IMG/VR virus record: IMGVR_UViG_3300008267_012518
Direction: 5' to 3' (one strand)
DNA from: a virus
DNA length: 64,000 bases
Shown: positions 18,924-28,304 of the stretch, one piece after another
Layout of the letters: each line of letters starts with the position of its first letter
Position numbering within the stretch: the stretch's first letter is position 1
Translations under genes and position numbers: made by a program
The notes under the pieces: model-generated
Told to the model about the DNA's origin: nothing
The model's input: the letters and a program-made list of their open reading frames with translations, nothing else
Databases searched by the model: none

Positions 18924-20291
18924 TTATTTATAATTTTCTAAAAAATAATTTAGATCTTCTGGTGTACCCAATCCCCACATATTTTCGACATGGTAAGTTT
19001 TTATTTTTTTACCATCATTAATCGCCAGATTATAAACAGGACACACATAAAATTCACCATTTATCCTCATATTCTTTTCAATCATTTCCTCCGAATATTT
19101 AACAAAATCACTACCACGTTTCCAATAATAAAAACCAACGGTTGCTAAATCCGATATTGGGTTTTTTTCCGAAACTTCACTAACATAACCATCTTCACCT
19201 ACTCTAGCGAATGACCACTTTGGGTGAGTTGAAGTAAATGTCACTATACCACCATCCAAATCACACTCATTCATTTTGTAAAAAAAATCGTTGGAATCCC
19301 ACTCTACAAACTGATCCGAATTAGCAAAAAACAATGGTAGGTCTACATTTATAATATCTTTAGATAAAAGAGCACTACAAGCGGCCCCTTCGGTCACACC
19401 ATCAACTTCTACGATTTTACAATTTGGAGTAATTAGGTTTAGTAGTGTTCCTAAATTATATTTTTCCTTATGTGACTTTTGAACAATGTAAATGTAGTTA
19501 GCTTTGATATTCAAATTTTCAACAACAACTTGAATCATGGGTTTATTCCTAACATCAATTAGTGGCTTAGGAAAAGTATACCCAACTTTTTCAAATCTCG
19601 AACCTTGTCCAGCCATGGGTATAATCACATTTAATTTCTCATCAGACCAATAAGGTATTGGATTTTTTTTATCCATCTCCAAAATGTTGATTTTACTCTT
19701 GATGAAATCCGAAGTTATTTCAGATGGTGAATTTATCCTTATAACATTCGATTTACTATTTGAGGCCGCGTACAATCCTGGTGGCGAATCTTCTAAAATT
19801 AAAGTTTCGTTGGGTAAAAAACCGAAGTAGGACATCGCTTTCCAATAAATCTCAGGATGTGGTTTTGGAAATTCAACATCTTCATTTGACAAAAGTAAGT
19901 CAAAGAATTCTATAATACCCAATCTAGATAATGAAGTTAAAACGGTTTTCTTAATACTATTTGAACAAACAGCGATTTTATATTTCTCTGATAACTCAGT
20001 TAAACAATCTATGAGGTTATTGTTAATACTCAAACTTTGTAGTTTTTGTAAGGTGATTTTTTGTTTTTTCTGCCAAATTTCGTCATACTCCGTTACTGGT
20101 AAATTTTTCTCCAGTGTCAAAATTTGTAATTTCTGATTTGTTTTAAGACCATCAAATTTTGACAAATGATCTTCCCAAGATATAGAGTATTTATCACCAA
20201 GTGCCAAATTCAAGGCTTCGTAATGAATCTTTTTAGCATCAACTAAGACACCATCAAGATCAAAAATAATAAATTTAATTTTGTTTTTCAA
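18924..20291 (-). CDS. HAD phosphatase + nucleotidyltransferase fusion
   Basis: N-term FDLDGVLVD, PKPHPEIY, LEDS; C-term IPMAGQGSRF, PKPLI, ANSDQ, NGEFYVCPVYN, LGTPEDL. Confidence 0.9.
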   Translation of the reverse strand: MKNKIKFIIFDLDGVLVDAKKIHYEALNLALGDKYSISWEDHLSKFDGLKTNQKLQILTLEKNLPVTEYDEIWQKKQKITLQKLQSLSINNNLIDCLTELSEKYKIAVCSNSIKKTVLTSLSRLGIIEFFDLLLSNEDVEFPKPHPEIYWKAMSYFGFLPNETLILEDSPPGLYAASNSKSNVIRINSPSEITSDFIKSKINILEMDKKNPIPYWSDEKLNVIIPMAGQGSRFEKVGYTFPKPLIDVRNKPMIQVVVENLNIKANYIYIVQKSHKEKYNLGTLLNLITPNCKIVEVDGVTEGAACSALLSKDIINVDLPLFFANSDQFVEWDSNDFFYKMNECDLDGGIVTFTSTHPKWSFARVGEDGYVSEVSEKNPISDLATVGFYYWKRGSDFVKYSEEMIEKNMRINGEFYVCPVYNLAINDGKKIKTYHVENMWGLGTPEDLNYFLENYK

Positions 20292-20308
20292 TTTTTATTT
20301 TTATTTTT

Positions 20309-20959
20309 TCATAAGACTATTCTACCATCAGATCTGACTAAATCAAAAGTCCTTGGGATTGAATTGTTACCAATATTATGATGGCTCAAATGTTCCGAAA
20401 TTATTCCCTCAGGACACATTTGATTAATCCTTTCTGTTTGGTCATATTCGTCAAAAATATTCGAATAAATGTCCATCAACTCCGAACTTCCGTATGCAAA
20501 CCAATCATTTAATCCACCACAACCACCAGATCTGTTGATTAGGTTTATTCCACCATTTGAAATATCAAAAGATATCCTTTGGTTATACTTCAGATCGTAC
20601 CTCGCTCTGATGCAAACATCATATTTAAAATTATTTAATAATTCATAGTCAACCTTCATTCTATTTGATTCACGTATAGAATAAAACATACTTCTTGTAG
20701 GAACATCAATAGATGGATGATCAAATCGGAAAGATTTTGGCTTCAATGTATTCAAAACGTCAATAATATCATCCATAGAGTATCCCCCAAAATCTGTTGG
20801 ATCATAATTCCAAAAATTTTGGTATTTACTGTTATCATACTTATACCAAGAATGACAAAAAATATCCACGTCGTTATTTTCTAAAATATTTTCAATCAAA
20901 CTTTGTTTCACCAGTGGGAAACTTCTGATTTGTCCAGATAAGCAAAGGGCAATTTTCAT
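20309..20959 (-). CDS. SGQxR-type putative glycosyltransferase-like protein
   Basis: MKIALCLSGQIR, DIFCHSW, SMFYSI, YDVCIRARYD, NDWFAYG. Confidence 0.55.
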   Translation of the reverse strand: MKIALCLSGQIRSFPLVKQSLIENILENNDVDIFCHSWYKYDNSKYQNFWNYDPTDFGGYSMDDIIDVLNTLKPKSFRFDHPSIDVPTRSMFYSIRESNRMKVDYELLNNFKYDVCIRARYDLKYNQRISFDISNGGINLINRSGGCGGLNDWFAYGSSELMDIYSNIFDEYDQTERINQMCPEGIISEHLSHHNIGNNSIPRTFDLVRSDGRIVL

Positions 20960-21963
20960 AATGAATATTTACTTTCTATATAATTTTTAATCCATTTATA
21001 GTTGAAATATTTATCTACAATATAAATCTGATTCAATAAGCATTTTTGATAAAGGAATTCATCCTTTTGTAACAACGTATACTTCTCTACAAATTCCTCA
21101 GCGGTTGAAAATAAAGTTTCTTCTGAAAAATAATCACCATCCTCAAATGGAAAAACCAAATCTGTTCTTTGCATCAACATAAGTGAGTTTGTAGATAATC
21201 CCTCAAAAAACCTTTTACATAAATGACCAGTACCGTTAAGATTAAGGAAATATTTAAAACTTGAAATTGCTTTAATAAAGTCAGCGTTGCTCAAGTTATT
21301 AGCAGTCAATAGATATGGATGAATTTTTTGCAAAATTTCCAAGCGGTTACAATACTCATCTGGGTATGGTTCTCTTGTTCTGTATATTGCTGTCCCAGCC
21401 CAAAAACAAGATGGTATTCTATTTTCTGGAATTATTTTAATTCTCTCCTCATAAAGTGTCCAAGGAGCATTTGGTTTACCATAAACAATAAACGGAAATG
21501 GGAAAACATCATCATCATACTCATCAATCCAATCCTTTCTGTATTCTCTTTTGAAAACAAAATCACATTTCATATTGTTTTCTCTGAGCCACATCAATCC
21601 ACCTCGGACCACTGCTCTGTCAGTGTCGTCCAAATAAATAACTCTATTTATTTTGATGTTTGAAAGTTTATCGTAGATCATTTTGAAATACTCTCTTCTT
21701 TCTGAGGTATTTGGTGTGTATGGCATGTCATTGAATGTATGGACTGGCCAAATGAATACTACCATATCATATTCATTTTCCAAAAGAGACCAATCTTCAA
21801 TAACATCGATACCGTATCTATCCTCACAATATTTTTTGTCCGGAATAACTTGAAGTTCCTTAAATTGATCCAAGGGAATGAATGGAGAAAAATAATCACA
21901 AGGTTCAAAAAGATGAAAAGCTGGTGGAAAATGTTTCTCTAAATCGATGATTAAATTTTTCAT
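20956..21963 (-). CDS. Putative glycosyltransferase (GT-B-like C-terminus)
   Basis: C-terminal FKYFLNLNGTG...RFFEGLSTNSL pattern; glycan-locus context. Confidence 0.5.
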   Translation of the reverse strand: MKNLIIDLEKHFPPAFHLFEPCDYFSPFIPLDQFKELQVIPDKKYCEDRYGIDVIEDWSLLENEYDMVVFIWPVHTFNDMPYTPNTSERREYFKMIYDKLSNIKINRVIYLDDTDRAVVRGGLMWLRENNMKCDFVFKREYRKDWIDEYDDDVFPFPFIVYGKPNAPWTLYEERIKIIPENRIPSCFWAGTAIYRTREPYPDEYCNRLEILQKIHPYLLTANNLSNADFIKAISSFKYFLNLNGTGHLCKRFFEGLSTNSLMLMQRTDLVFPFEDGDYFSEETLFSTAEEFVEKYTLLQKDEFLYQKCLLNQIYIVDKYFNYKWIKNYIESKYSL

Positions 21964-22865
21964 AGTGTGTTTAAATTTTTTTTAATCCAATCAATAACAT
22001 CAACTCTTGGTTCAAATCCAAGTACCTCCCTAATTTTACTAATATCAGCGAGAGTATTTTCGGCCTCACCAGGTCTATAATCCAAGTGTACTTGTTTACT
22101 ACTGATAAGATCTGCTATTTCTTTTATTGATATGTTTTTACCAGAACCAACATTTAATACAGTGGCTCCAATTTTATTTTTTGAATTCATCGCTAAAATA
22201 TTTACATCAACTACGTCACCAACATAGATGAAGTCCCTTCTTTTATCACCCATCCCAACAATAGTTAAATCTTGTTGTTTTTCAAATTGATCCAAGAAAA
22301 TACCTAAAACAGGAGCGTAATTACCCTTCACTGGGCTTCTTTCTCCAAACACATTAAAGTACCTGAAAATGACTGAATCTAATTTGTGCATTTTCCAATA
22401 ATATCTGAAGATATCCTCTCCCAAAAATTTTGAATGTGAGTATGGATTAAGAAAATCAGTCGAATTGTCTTCCTTAGTAGGTAGATTTTCAGTCAAACCA
22501 TATACAGATGATGTAGATGAATACATTACCCTTTTTATCCCATGTTTGAGAGATAAATCTAGAATATTTAACGTGCCTATTACATTCACATTATATGCTC
22601 GATGAGGGTTTTGTATTGCGGGTTGAATCCTTGATTCTGCAGCTAAGTGAAAAACATAGTCCACCCCAACAAATAGACAGTCTATTTGTTCCTTATCACA
22701 AATATCAAATTTGTGATAAGTTGTCCTCTCATTGAAGTAAAATTTATCATTTTCGGATGCTGATAAGTCATCAATAACAACTACTTCATGACCTAGATTG
22801 ACCAACTTATCAACTAGATTACTCCCAATAAACCCAGAACCACCGGTTACTATTATTTTATACAT
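21960..22865 (-). CDS. NAD-dependent nucleotide-sugar epimerase/dehydratase (extended SDR)
   Basis: TGGSGFIG, HLAA, SSTSSVYG, YSHSK (YxxxK), RYFNVFG, RDFIYVGDV. Confidence 0.9.
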   Translation of the reverse strand: MYKIIVTGGSGFIGSNLVDKLVNLGHEVVVIDDLSASENDKFYFNERTTYHKFDICDKEQIDCLFVGVDYVFHLAAESRIQPAIQNPHRAYNVNVIGTLNILDLSLKHGIKRVMYSSTSSVYGLTENLPTKEDNSTDFLNPYSHSKFLGEDIFRYYWKMHKLDSVIFRYFNVFGERSPVKGNYAPVLGIFLDQFEKQQDLTIVGMGDKRRDFIYVGDVVDVNILAMNSKNKIGATVLNVGSGKNISIKEIADLISSKQVHLDYRPGEAENTLADISKIREVLGFEPRVDVIDWIKKNLNTL

Positions 22866-22869
22866 AATT

Positions 22870-23586
22870 TTATTGTTCTTTTATCATTTTTTTGAATTTG
22901 GTTGCCGACCAACCGTGTTTTCTTGGAATAAAAAATGTATTTATATTTAGTTTCAACCCATTATGGTCTTTACCAATATAATCATCTCCCAAAAAAAGTA
23001 TATCTGGTTTTACATTTTCAGTCAAAGAAATCAATTCACTTTCAGTATTATAAAAAAATACTTCATCAACATATTTTAATGAAGTCAATATTTTTTTTCT
23101 TTCTTCTTTGGAAAGTATTGGTTTGGGCTTACCCCTCTCAATCGAAGGATTATTGTGCAACCCAACCACCAAATACTCACAATTTTTCTTCGCCAATTCA
23201 AACATATGAATATATCCAGGATGAATTACATCAAAAGCGCCTGCTATAAAACCAATTTTGGGATTTGTATTCTTTTTGAAATCTTCAATAGATAAATTTT
23301 TATCATCTATAAAAAAATCAAAAGATGGTTTTCCTAAAATCAATTCATTATATTTTACACCCCACGATTTAAGCTGTGTAGTAGTCAGGTCAAATAAATT
23401 ATTATAAACTAAACTGACATTACCTTTGTAAGTTGTCATCCCTCTAGCCGTAAATATTTTTATATAATGACCCACATCAAACAAATTGTTGACTTTTAAG
23501 ATCATTTCATCATTTGGATAAGATGAGGAATAATTATTTGAGTCTGTACTACAAATAGTGTTATCTAGGTCGAAACAATAAATCAT
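22870..23586 (-). CDS. HAD-like capsule phosphatase + cytidylyltransferase (TagD/HldE-type) fusion
   Basis: CFDLDNTI, FTARG, GKPSFDFFIDDK; then GAFDVIHPGY, LVVGL, YVDEV, GWSAT. Confidence 0.85.
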   Translation of the reverse strand: MIYCFDLDNTICSTDSNNYSSSYPNDEMILKVNNLFDVGHYIKIFTARGMTTYKGNVSLVYNNLFDLTTTQLKSWGVKYNELILGKPSFDFFIDDKNLSIEDFKKNTNPKIGFIAGAFDVIHPGYIHMFELAKKNCEYLVVGLHNNPSIERGKPKPILSKEERKKILTSLKYVDEVFFYNTESELISLTENVKPDILFLGDDYIGKDHNGLKLNINTFFIPRKHGWSATKFKKMIKEQ

Positions 23587-23595
23587 AAAATTGAA

Positions 23596-24576
23596 TTAAT
23601 TAAAATTACCTAGAATAACTGAACCAAGTTTGTCTATGTCAAAATGTAACCTTTTATAACCTCTACCTGTCATAAAATTCTCAACTTCTGTGTGATTTTT
23701 TTCAGTGAACAGTAGTAAAAATCCACCACCACCAGCGCCCACTATTTTACCACCAAGAACGCCAAATAACTCCTTTGTCATTTCATAGGTCATATCAACT
23801 TCCGACACTGATATCTTATCAGAAAGACTCTTTTTCATTTTCCAATATTCGTCTAAGAGTATTCCATACTTCTTAAAGTCTCCAGACTCAAGAATACTCA
23901 ATACCTCATAAGCTTGCTGTTTTATTTTCAAGAGGGTTTCCTCTGAATTACCCTTTAATTGTTTCTGATCTTGTAAAACCTCTGATGCGTCTCTTTTGAC
24001 GTTTGTGTAATAAAGATGGACGTGCGAAAGAAATCTATTAAGCTCACTTTGTGATAAGTTTACCTCTTTTATATCAACGTTTCCATTGGTATCTATATCT
24101 AAGATTTTCAAACCACCAAACGCAGCAATATATTGATCCTGTTTACCAACTGGCTCACCTAACTTATCAATCTCAATATAACATGCCTCTTCTGCCAGAA
24201 CGATTGGTTCACGGTTTAACCTTTTGATTTCTCTAACAACGTTTGATAGACCCACTAAGAAACTACCCGAACTACCAAGACCGGTATTAGAAGGTAGATC
24301 AGCACAGGTGTTGACCTCAAATGAGTTAAACATATTGTGGTGTAAAAATAGTTCTTTAGCTCTATGATTTTTTAAATCTGATGCATTATCAACAATTTCA
24401 ATTTGAGAATACCTAAGTTTAAGGTAATTTTCGAATTCATCAGGTTTCAAAGTTATATAGATGTATTTGTTAATAGCTAGAGATATTACAAATCCTCCGT
24501 GTTTGGAGTAGAAGGATGGTAAGTCGGTACCACCACCAGCAATTGTTATTCTCAAAGGTGTTCTGGAAAGTATCAT
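23596..24576 (-). CDS. hddA: GHMP sugar kinase, D-glycero-D-manno-heptose-7-phosphate kinase-like
   Basis: RTPLRITIAGGGTD, LPSNTGLGSSG, GKQDQY, GGKIVGAGGGGF. Confidence 0.8.
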   Translation of the reverse strand: MILSRTPLRITIAGGGTDLPSFYSKHGGFVISLAINKYIYITLKPDEFENYLKLRYSQIEIVDNASDLKNHRAKELFLHHNMFNSFEVNTCADLPSNTGLGSSGSFLVGLSNVVREIKRLNREPIVLAEEACYIEIDKLGEPVGKQDQYIAAFGGLKILDIDTNGNVDIKEVNLSQSELNRFLSHVHLYYTNVKRDASEVLQDQKQLKGNSEETLLKIKQQAYEVLSILESGDFKKYGILLDEYWKMKKSLSDKISVSEVDMTYEMTKELFGVLGGKIVGAGGGGFLLLFTEKNHTEVENFMTGRGYKRLHFDIDKLGSVILGNFN

Positions 24577-25271
24577 AGTTTATATCCAGCGTTTTTAGCG
24601 TCATCAAAAAACATTTGAACTGTTTCTCTTGAATATTCTGTCAAATCTTTATTAGACAAATTCAATTTTTTTATAAGATCTGGTGTAACAGTAATTATAT
24701 CACATCCAATTCTATCAGCTTCGAAGATATTGTATACTTCTCTAGTACTAGCCCATAAAATCTCATGCTTCGTAGAATCTCTTTTACCTAAAGCATACTC
24801 GATAATTGGTGATGGATTCACACCAGTGTCGGCGATTCGACCGGAAAAAATCGATATCACACTTTCGGTGTCTGAGTTCAATGAATTTAAAACATTATCT
24901 ATTTGTTCTTCAGTAAATACGGCTGTAATATTTAGTTTTATTTTCAGATCACTCATTTCCTTAATCAATTCATAAGTTGGAACACCTTTCGTATTCATAA
25001 CCGGAACTTTCACGTAAATATTTGGTGATATATTTGATAGTTTCATGATCTGAGATTTCATCTCTTGATAATCATCAGCGAAAATTTCAAAGGAAATTGG
25101 TAGATCCTTCACCTGATCAGTCACCTCCTTTATGAATGATAAATAATCTTTTACACCGGATTTCTTCATAAGTGAAGGGTTGGTTGTAAATCCACTCACC
25201 ATTGGATTGTTCTTGTATGTTTCCAATATTTCTGAGATATTAGAACCATCTGAAAAAATTTTTACTCTCAT
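24573..25271 (-). CDS. tal: Transaldolase (short TalC/FSA family)
   Basis: GFTTNPSL, ISFEIF, IYVKVP, LNITAVF, SIFSGRIAD, LWASTRE, GCDIITV. Confidence 0.85.
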   Translation of the reverse strand: MRVKIFSDGSNISEILETYKNNPMVSGFTTNPSLMKKSGVKDYLSFIKEVTDQVKDLPISFEIFADDYQEMKSQIMKLSNISPNIYVKVPVMNTKGVPTYELIKEMSDLKIKLNITAVFTEEQIDNVLNSLNSDTESVISIFSGRIADTGVNPSPIIEYALGKRDSTKHEILWASTREVYNIFEADRIGCDIITVTPDLIKKLNLSNKDLTEYSRETVQMFFDDAKNAGYKL

Positions 25272-25285
25272 ATTAAATATTTTTT

Positions 25286-25999
25286 TTAGGGTTTATAGAA
25301 AAATAACGCGTTTTCAGCGACGTGTGGTACTAAAAATCCAACATTTTTATTAGCGACGGCAGCTGGTCCTCTGTATTCTCTTTCACCAGTCTGTGATTGC
25401 CAATTTCTAAAATCATTAAAATCTTCCATCGCAATCTTTCTAATTTTGTTTGTTTCATCCTCATCGAATATGAAACCATACTCAGAAAATATTTGTTTCC
25501 AGTAGGTAAATGGTTGACAATTCACATGATTGTGACCAGACTGACCCGGTAAAGCGTGTGTCATAATCACACATTTAGACTTATCAAAGTCTTTCATAAA
25601 GTTGTGGACACCTAATTCATCAACGTGTTCAACAAATTCGACCGACCAACACAAATCAAAACTACCCGTAAGATCAGAAGGTCCAGTTGTGTAATCATGT
25701 GCTAAAATTTTTTCAGGAAAGAATGAAACGTCTCTAGCAATCTTAGAACCCTCAACTCCTTGTACCTCTAGACCTAAAAAATCCTTGAAATATTTAAGAT
25801 GGTATCCAAATCCACATCCGATATCTAAAACCGATTTAATATTGTATTTATCTACAATATATTTCCACATTTTCGGACACTCTGTTCCTGGGTCCCCATC
25901 GACATTACAACCACCTAAGTGACCATCGTTAAAACTCTGGTCAAAAAGTAATGATTCATGTTTATATTTTTTTATAGATTCTCTTATAGTATTAATCAT
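25286..25999 (-). CDS. Class I SAM-dependent methyltransferase
   Basis: SVLDIGCGFG, GVEGS, FDLCWSVEFVEH, HALPGQSGHNHVNCQ. Confidence 0.85.
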   Translation of the reverse strand: MINTIRESIKKYKHESLLFDQSFNDGHLGGCNVDGDPGTECPKMWKYIVDKYNIKSVLDIGCGFGYHLKYFKDFLGLEVQGVEGSKIARDVSFFPEKILAHDYTTGPSDLTGSFDLCWSVEFVEHVDELGVHNFMKDFDKSKCVIMTHALPGQSGHNHVNCQPFTYWKQIFSEYGFIFDEDETNKIRKIAMEDFNDFRNWQSQTGEREYRGPAAVANKNVGFLVPHVAENALFFYKP

Positions 26000-26001
26000 A
26001 A

Positions 26002-26574
26002 TTATATTTTTTTATATAGAGCATTTACAACTAGGTGCAATATTACACCCTGCCATTCCTCTGCATGAGGTGTTATCTTTTCTTGGTCAACAACTGGTAT
26101 CAAAACACAACAATCGGATAATTCTTTTGATTTACCACCATCTCTAGACACAACTGATAACTTCATAGATCCAATCTCACTAGCGTATTCAAGACACCTA
26201 ACAAGGTTTAAGGAAACTTTATCGGTACCACCACCAACAGAAAAAATCAGAATAGCATCATTTTCACCAAACTGAGAAACCTTAAGCCAATTTAGATAAG
26301 AAGTTTCCCAACTTTCATCGTTTATTCTAGCGGTAAGTTCAGAAACATTCTCAGAAATTGAATATGATTCAATGTTGAGTATCTTTCTAAAATCATTCAC
26401 AGCATGAGCAGCATTTGCTGCACTCCCACCAACACCAGCGATGAACAATCTTCCTTTGCGATTTTTTAAAACTTGTATGTGATTTATAAAACTTATAATG
26501 TTTTCTTTATCAATCAAATCACATATTTGCTTTATCTGATTTAGGTAGTCACTTACGTAAATATTAAGATCCAT
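26002..26574 (-). CDS. gmhA: Phosphoheptose isomerase (SIS domain)
   Basis: LFIAGVGGSAANAAHAVND, LTARIND, FSVGGG, EEWQGVILH. Confidence 0.75.
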   Translation of the reverse strand: MDLNIYVSDYLNQIKQICDLIDKENIISFINHIQVLKNRKGRLFIAGVGGSAANAAHAVNDFRKILNIESYSISENVSELTARINDESWETSYLNWLKVSQFGENDAILIFSVGGGTDKVSLNLVRCLEYASEIGSMKLSVVSRDGGKSKELSDCCVLIPVVDQEKITPHAEEWQGVILHLVVNALYKKI

Positions 26575-26577
26575 AAT

Positions 26578-27252
26578 TTATTTTTTAATTATTCTGAAAC
26601 ACCCTTGGCTGTATCCTAAGTTTTGGTAAACTAGTGGTATGTAATCAAAACCAGTCTCAAGTAAAAATTCAGCAAATGCTTTAATTTCGTGATTTTTATA
26701 ATCAGGATAATCATTAATTTCATCAAATACTATGACTGTTCCATCAACAATTTTTTCTTTTAAATGTTTGAATATGGTTACCGCTGCGGAATAAATATCA
26801 CTATCGATGTGTATAAGGGCACAAACACCTGGTGTTTCCTGTACAAATTTAGGAAGAGTATCTTCGAACCACCCTTTTACTAAACTTACATTTTTTTTCC
26901 AGGGTTTTGTTCTGACGATAGCATTTGGAAGGAATGGTGAAACATTATCATCGTCTATAGATCCTGTAGGTATATTACCATTCAAATTAAACATACCTTG
27001 TGGATTATCATTATCCCATTTTTCAGGTAATCCCTCAAAAGAATCGAATCCATAAACAGGATTCTCTGTTCTATCAGCAAATTGAGCAAGACTTCTTCCT
27101 CTAAAAACACCAAATTCTATCCACATACCATCAATGGTTACTTGGTCAGCACATAGATTATGAAATGTTAGATGATTATCCCAAACGCCTACTGTGTTTG
27201 ATTCTTGCTTCATTCTATTTTCAATCTCGTCGATTTTTTCTTCAATTGTCAT
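26578..27252 (-). CDS. TylF/MycF-like methyltransferase
   Basis: WIEFGVFRG, YGFDSFEGLPE, KGWFEDTL, IHIDSDIYS, GTVIVFDE. Confidence 0.85.
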   Translation of the reverse strand: MTIEEKIDEIENRMKQESNTVGVWDNHLTFHNLCADQVTIDGMWIEFGVFRGRSLAQFADRTENPVYGFDSFEGLPEKWDNDNPQGMFNLNGNIPTGSIDDDNVSPFLPNAIVRTKPWKKNVSLVKGWFEDTLPKFVQETPGVCALIHIDSDIYSAAVTIFKHLKEKIVDGTVIVFDEINDYPDYKNHEIKAFAEFLLETGFDYIPLVYQNLGYSQGCFRIIKK

Positions 27253-27268
27253 TTTTTTATTTTTTTAT

Positions 27269-27295
27269 TTTATATAATTTTAAAAACTCAAGTTT
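27269..27295 (-). promoter_or_regulatory. Putative phage-sigma promoter AAACTT-N15-TATAAA (heptose operon)
   Basis: aaactt gagtttttaaaatta tataaa, 16 nt before ATG 27252. Confidence 0.6.
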
Positions 27296-28304
27296 AAATT
27301 TTTCTACTCAAAAACAAATTATCAAATTCAGACATAACTCTACTAGGTGAATATCTGTCCTTATAAACGTCCCAATCTTTTGATTCAATATCTTTTTTTG
27401 AAATATTTATCAATATGTTAGATATATCTTTATCATCAGAATAGTATATAGCCTGGTCACCAAACACATAAAAGTGTCCAAAATCATATGGTGGAAAATT
27501 AAAATTTGGTTTCCAAGTTATTATAGGTTTATTCCTTATCGAAAATTCAGCAAGTGATAAGCTAAATATTTCACCATCCTCTCTAGCATGAATCATCGCG
27601 TCACAAGTATTTACAAACTTAGATTTCAATGAAAAGTCGGATGTATAATCAATGTAAAAAATATTCTTATGTTTATAAAATACATCAGTATTTAGAAATA
27701 CAAAATAAATATCATTCCTGATATTTAAAACATCAATAATAGCCTTTTTAACAAAGTTCAAATTAAAAGTATCTTTACCACCATGTCTACCGAGGACAAT
27801 AGCCTCTTTTGGTATACCAAACTCCTCCCTAAAATTTGAAACATTATCTGAATCATCTCTCTCTACAATAGGATATAAACAAGGGAAATCCATTTTGTAT
27901 TTATCAACCAAGTACTTACAAAGTAATGTAAAAACAGAACCATGTGGTGATATCCCTGGTCCACCAACCGCAGATACACAAGTATCTACATTTGTAGGCA
28001 AAACCCCATCATTAGAACCCTGTTTAATTGACCAAAAGTGAGTAACATTATTTTCGGAACAAATCTTCTCATGGGCTTGTCTCATATGGGAATTATCTCC
28101 ACCCAAGTCATATGGACATAGAATTGTTTTGAATTCTTTGTTGAACATTTCAAAACTAGGAGTTGGTCTAGCTGACGTCGAAATTATCAATGATTCGTTA
28201 CCAAGTATTTCCCTATTGTATTTTGCATATTTATACATATGAATTTCAGTACCCCGCTCACCAAGTTGGTAGGAATGAAAAGCTACAACCTTTGACATAA
28301 TCAT
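27294..28304 (-). CDS. Glycosyltransferase, GT-B (GT4-like)
   Basis: GERGTE N-terminus; LGRHGG; CDAMIHAREDGEIFSLSLAEF (ExF...E). Confidence 0.7.
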   Translation of the reverse strand: MIMSKVVAFHSYQLGERGTEIHMYKYAKYNREILGNESLIISTSARPTPSFEMFNKEFKTILCPYDLGGDNSHMRQAHEKICSENNVTHFWSIKQGSNDGVLPTNVDTCVSAVGGPGISPHGSVFTLLCKYLVDKYKMDFPCLYPIVERDDSDNVSNFREEFGIPKEAIVLGRHGGKDTFNLNFVKKAIIDVLNIRNDIYFVFLNTDVFYKHKNIFYIDYTSDFSLKSKFVNTCDAMIHAREDGEIFSLSLAEFSIRNKPIITWKPNFNFPPYDFGHFYVFGDQAIYYSDDKDISNILINISKKDIESKDWDVYKDRYSPSRVMSEFDNLFLSRKI

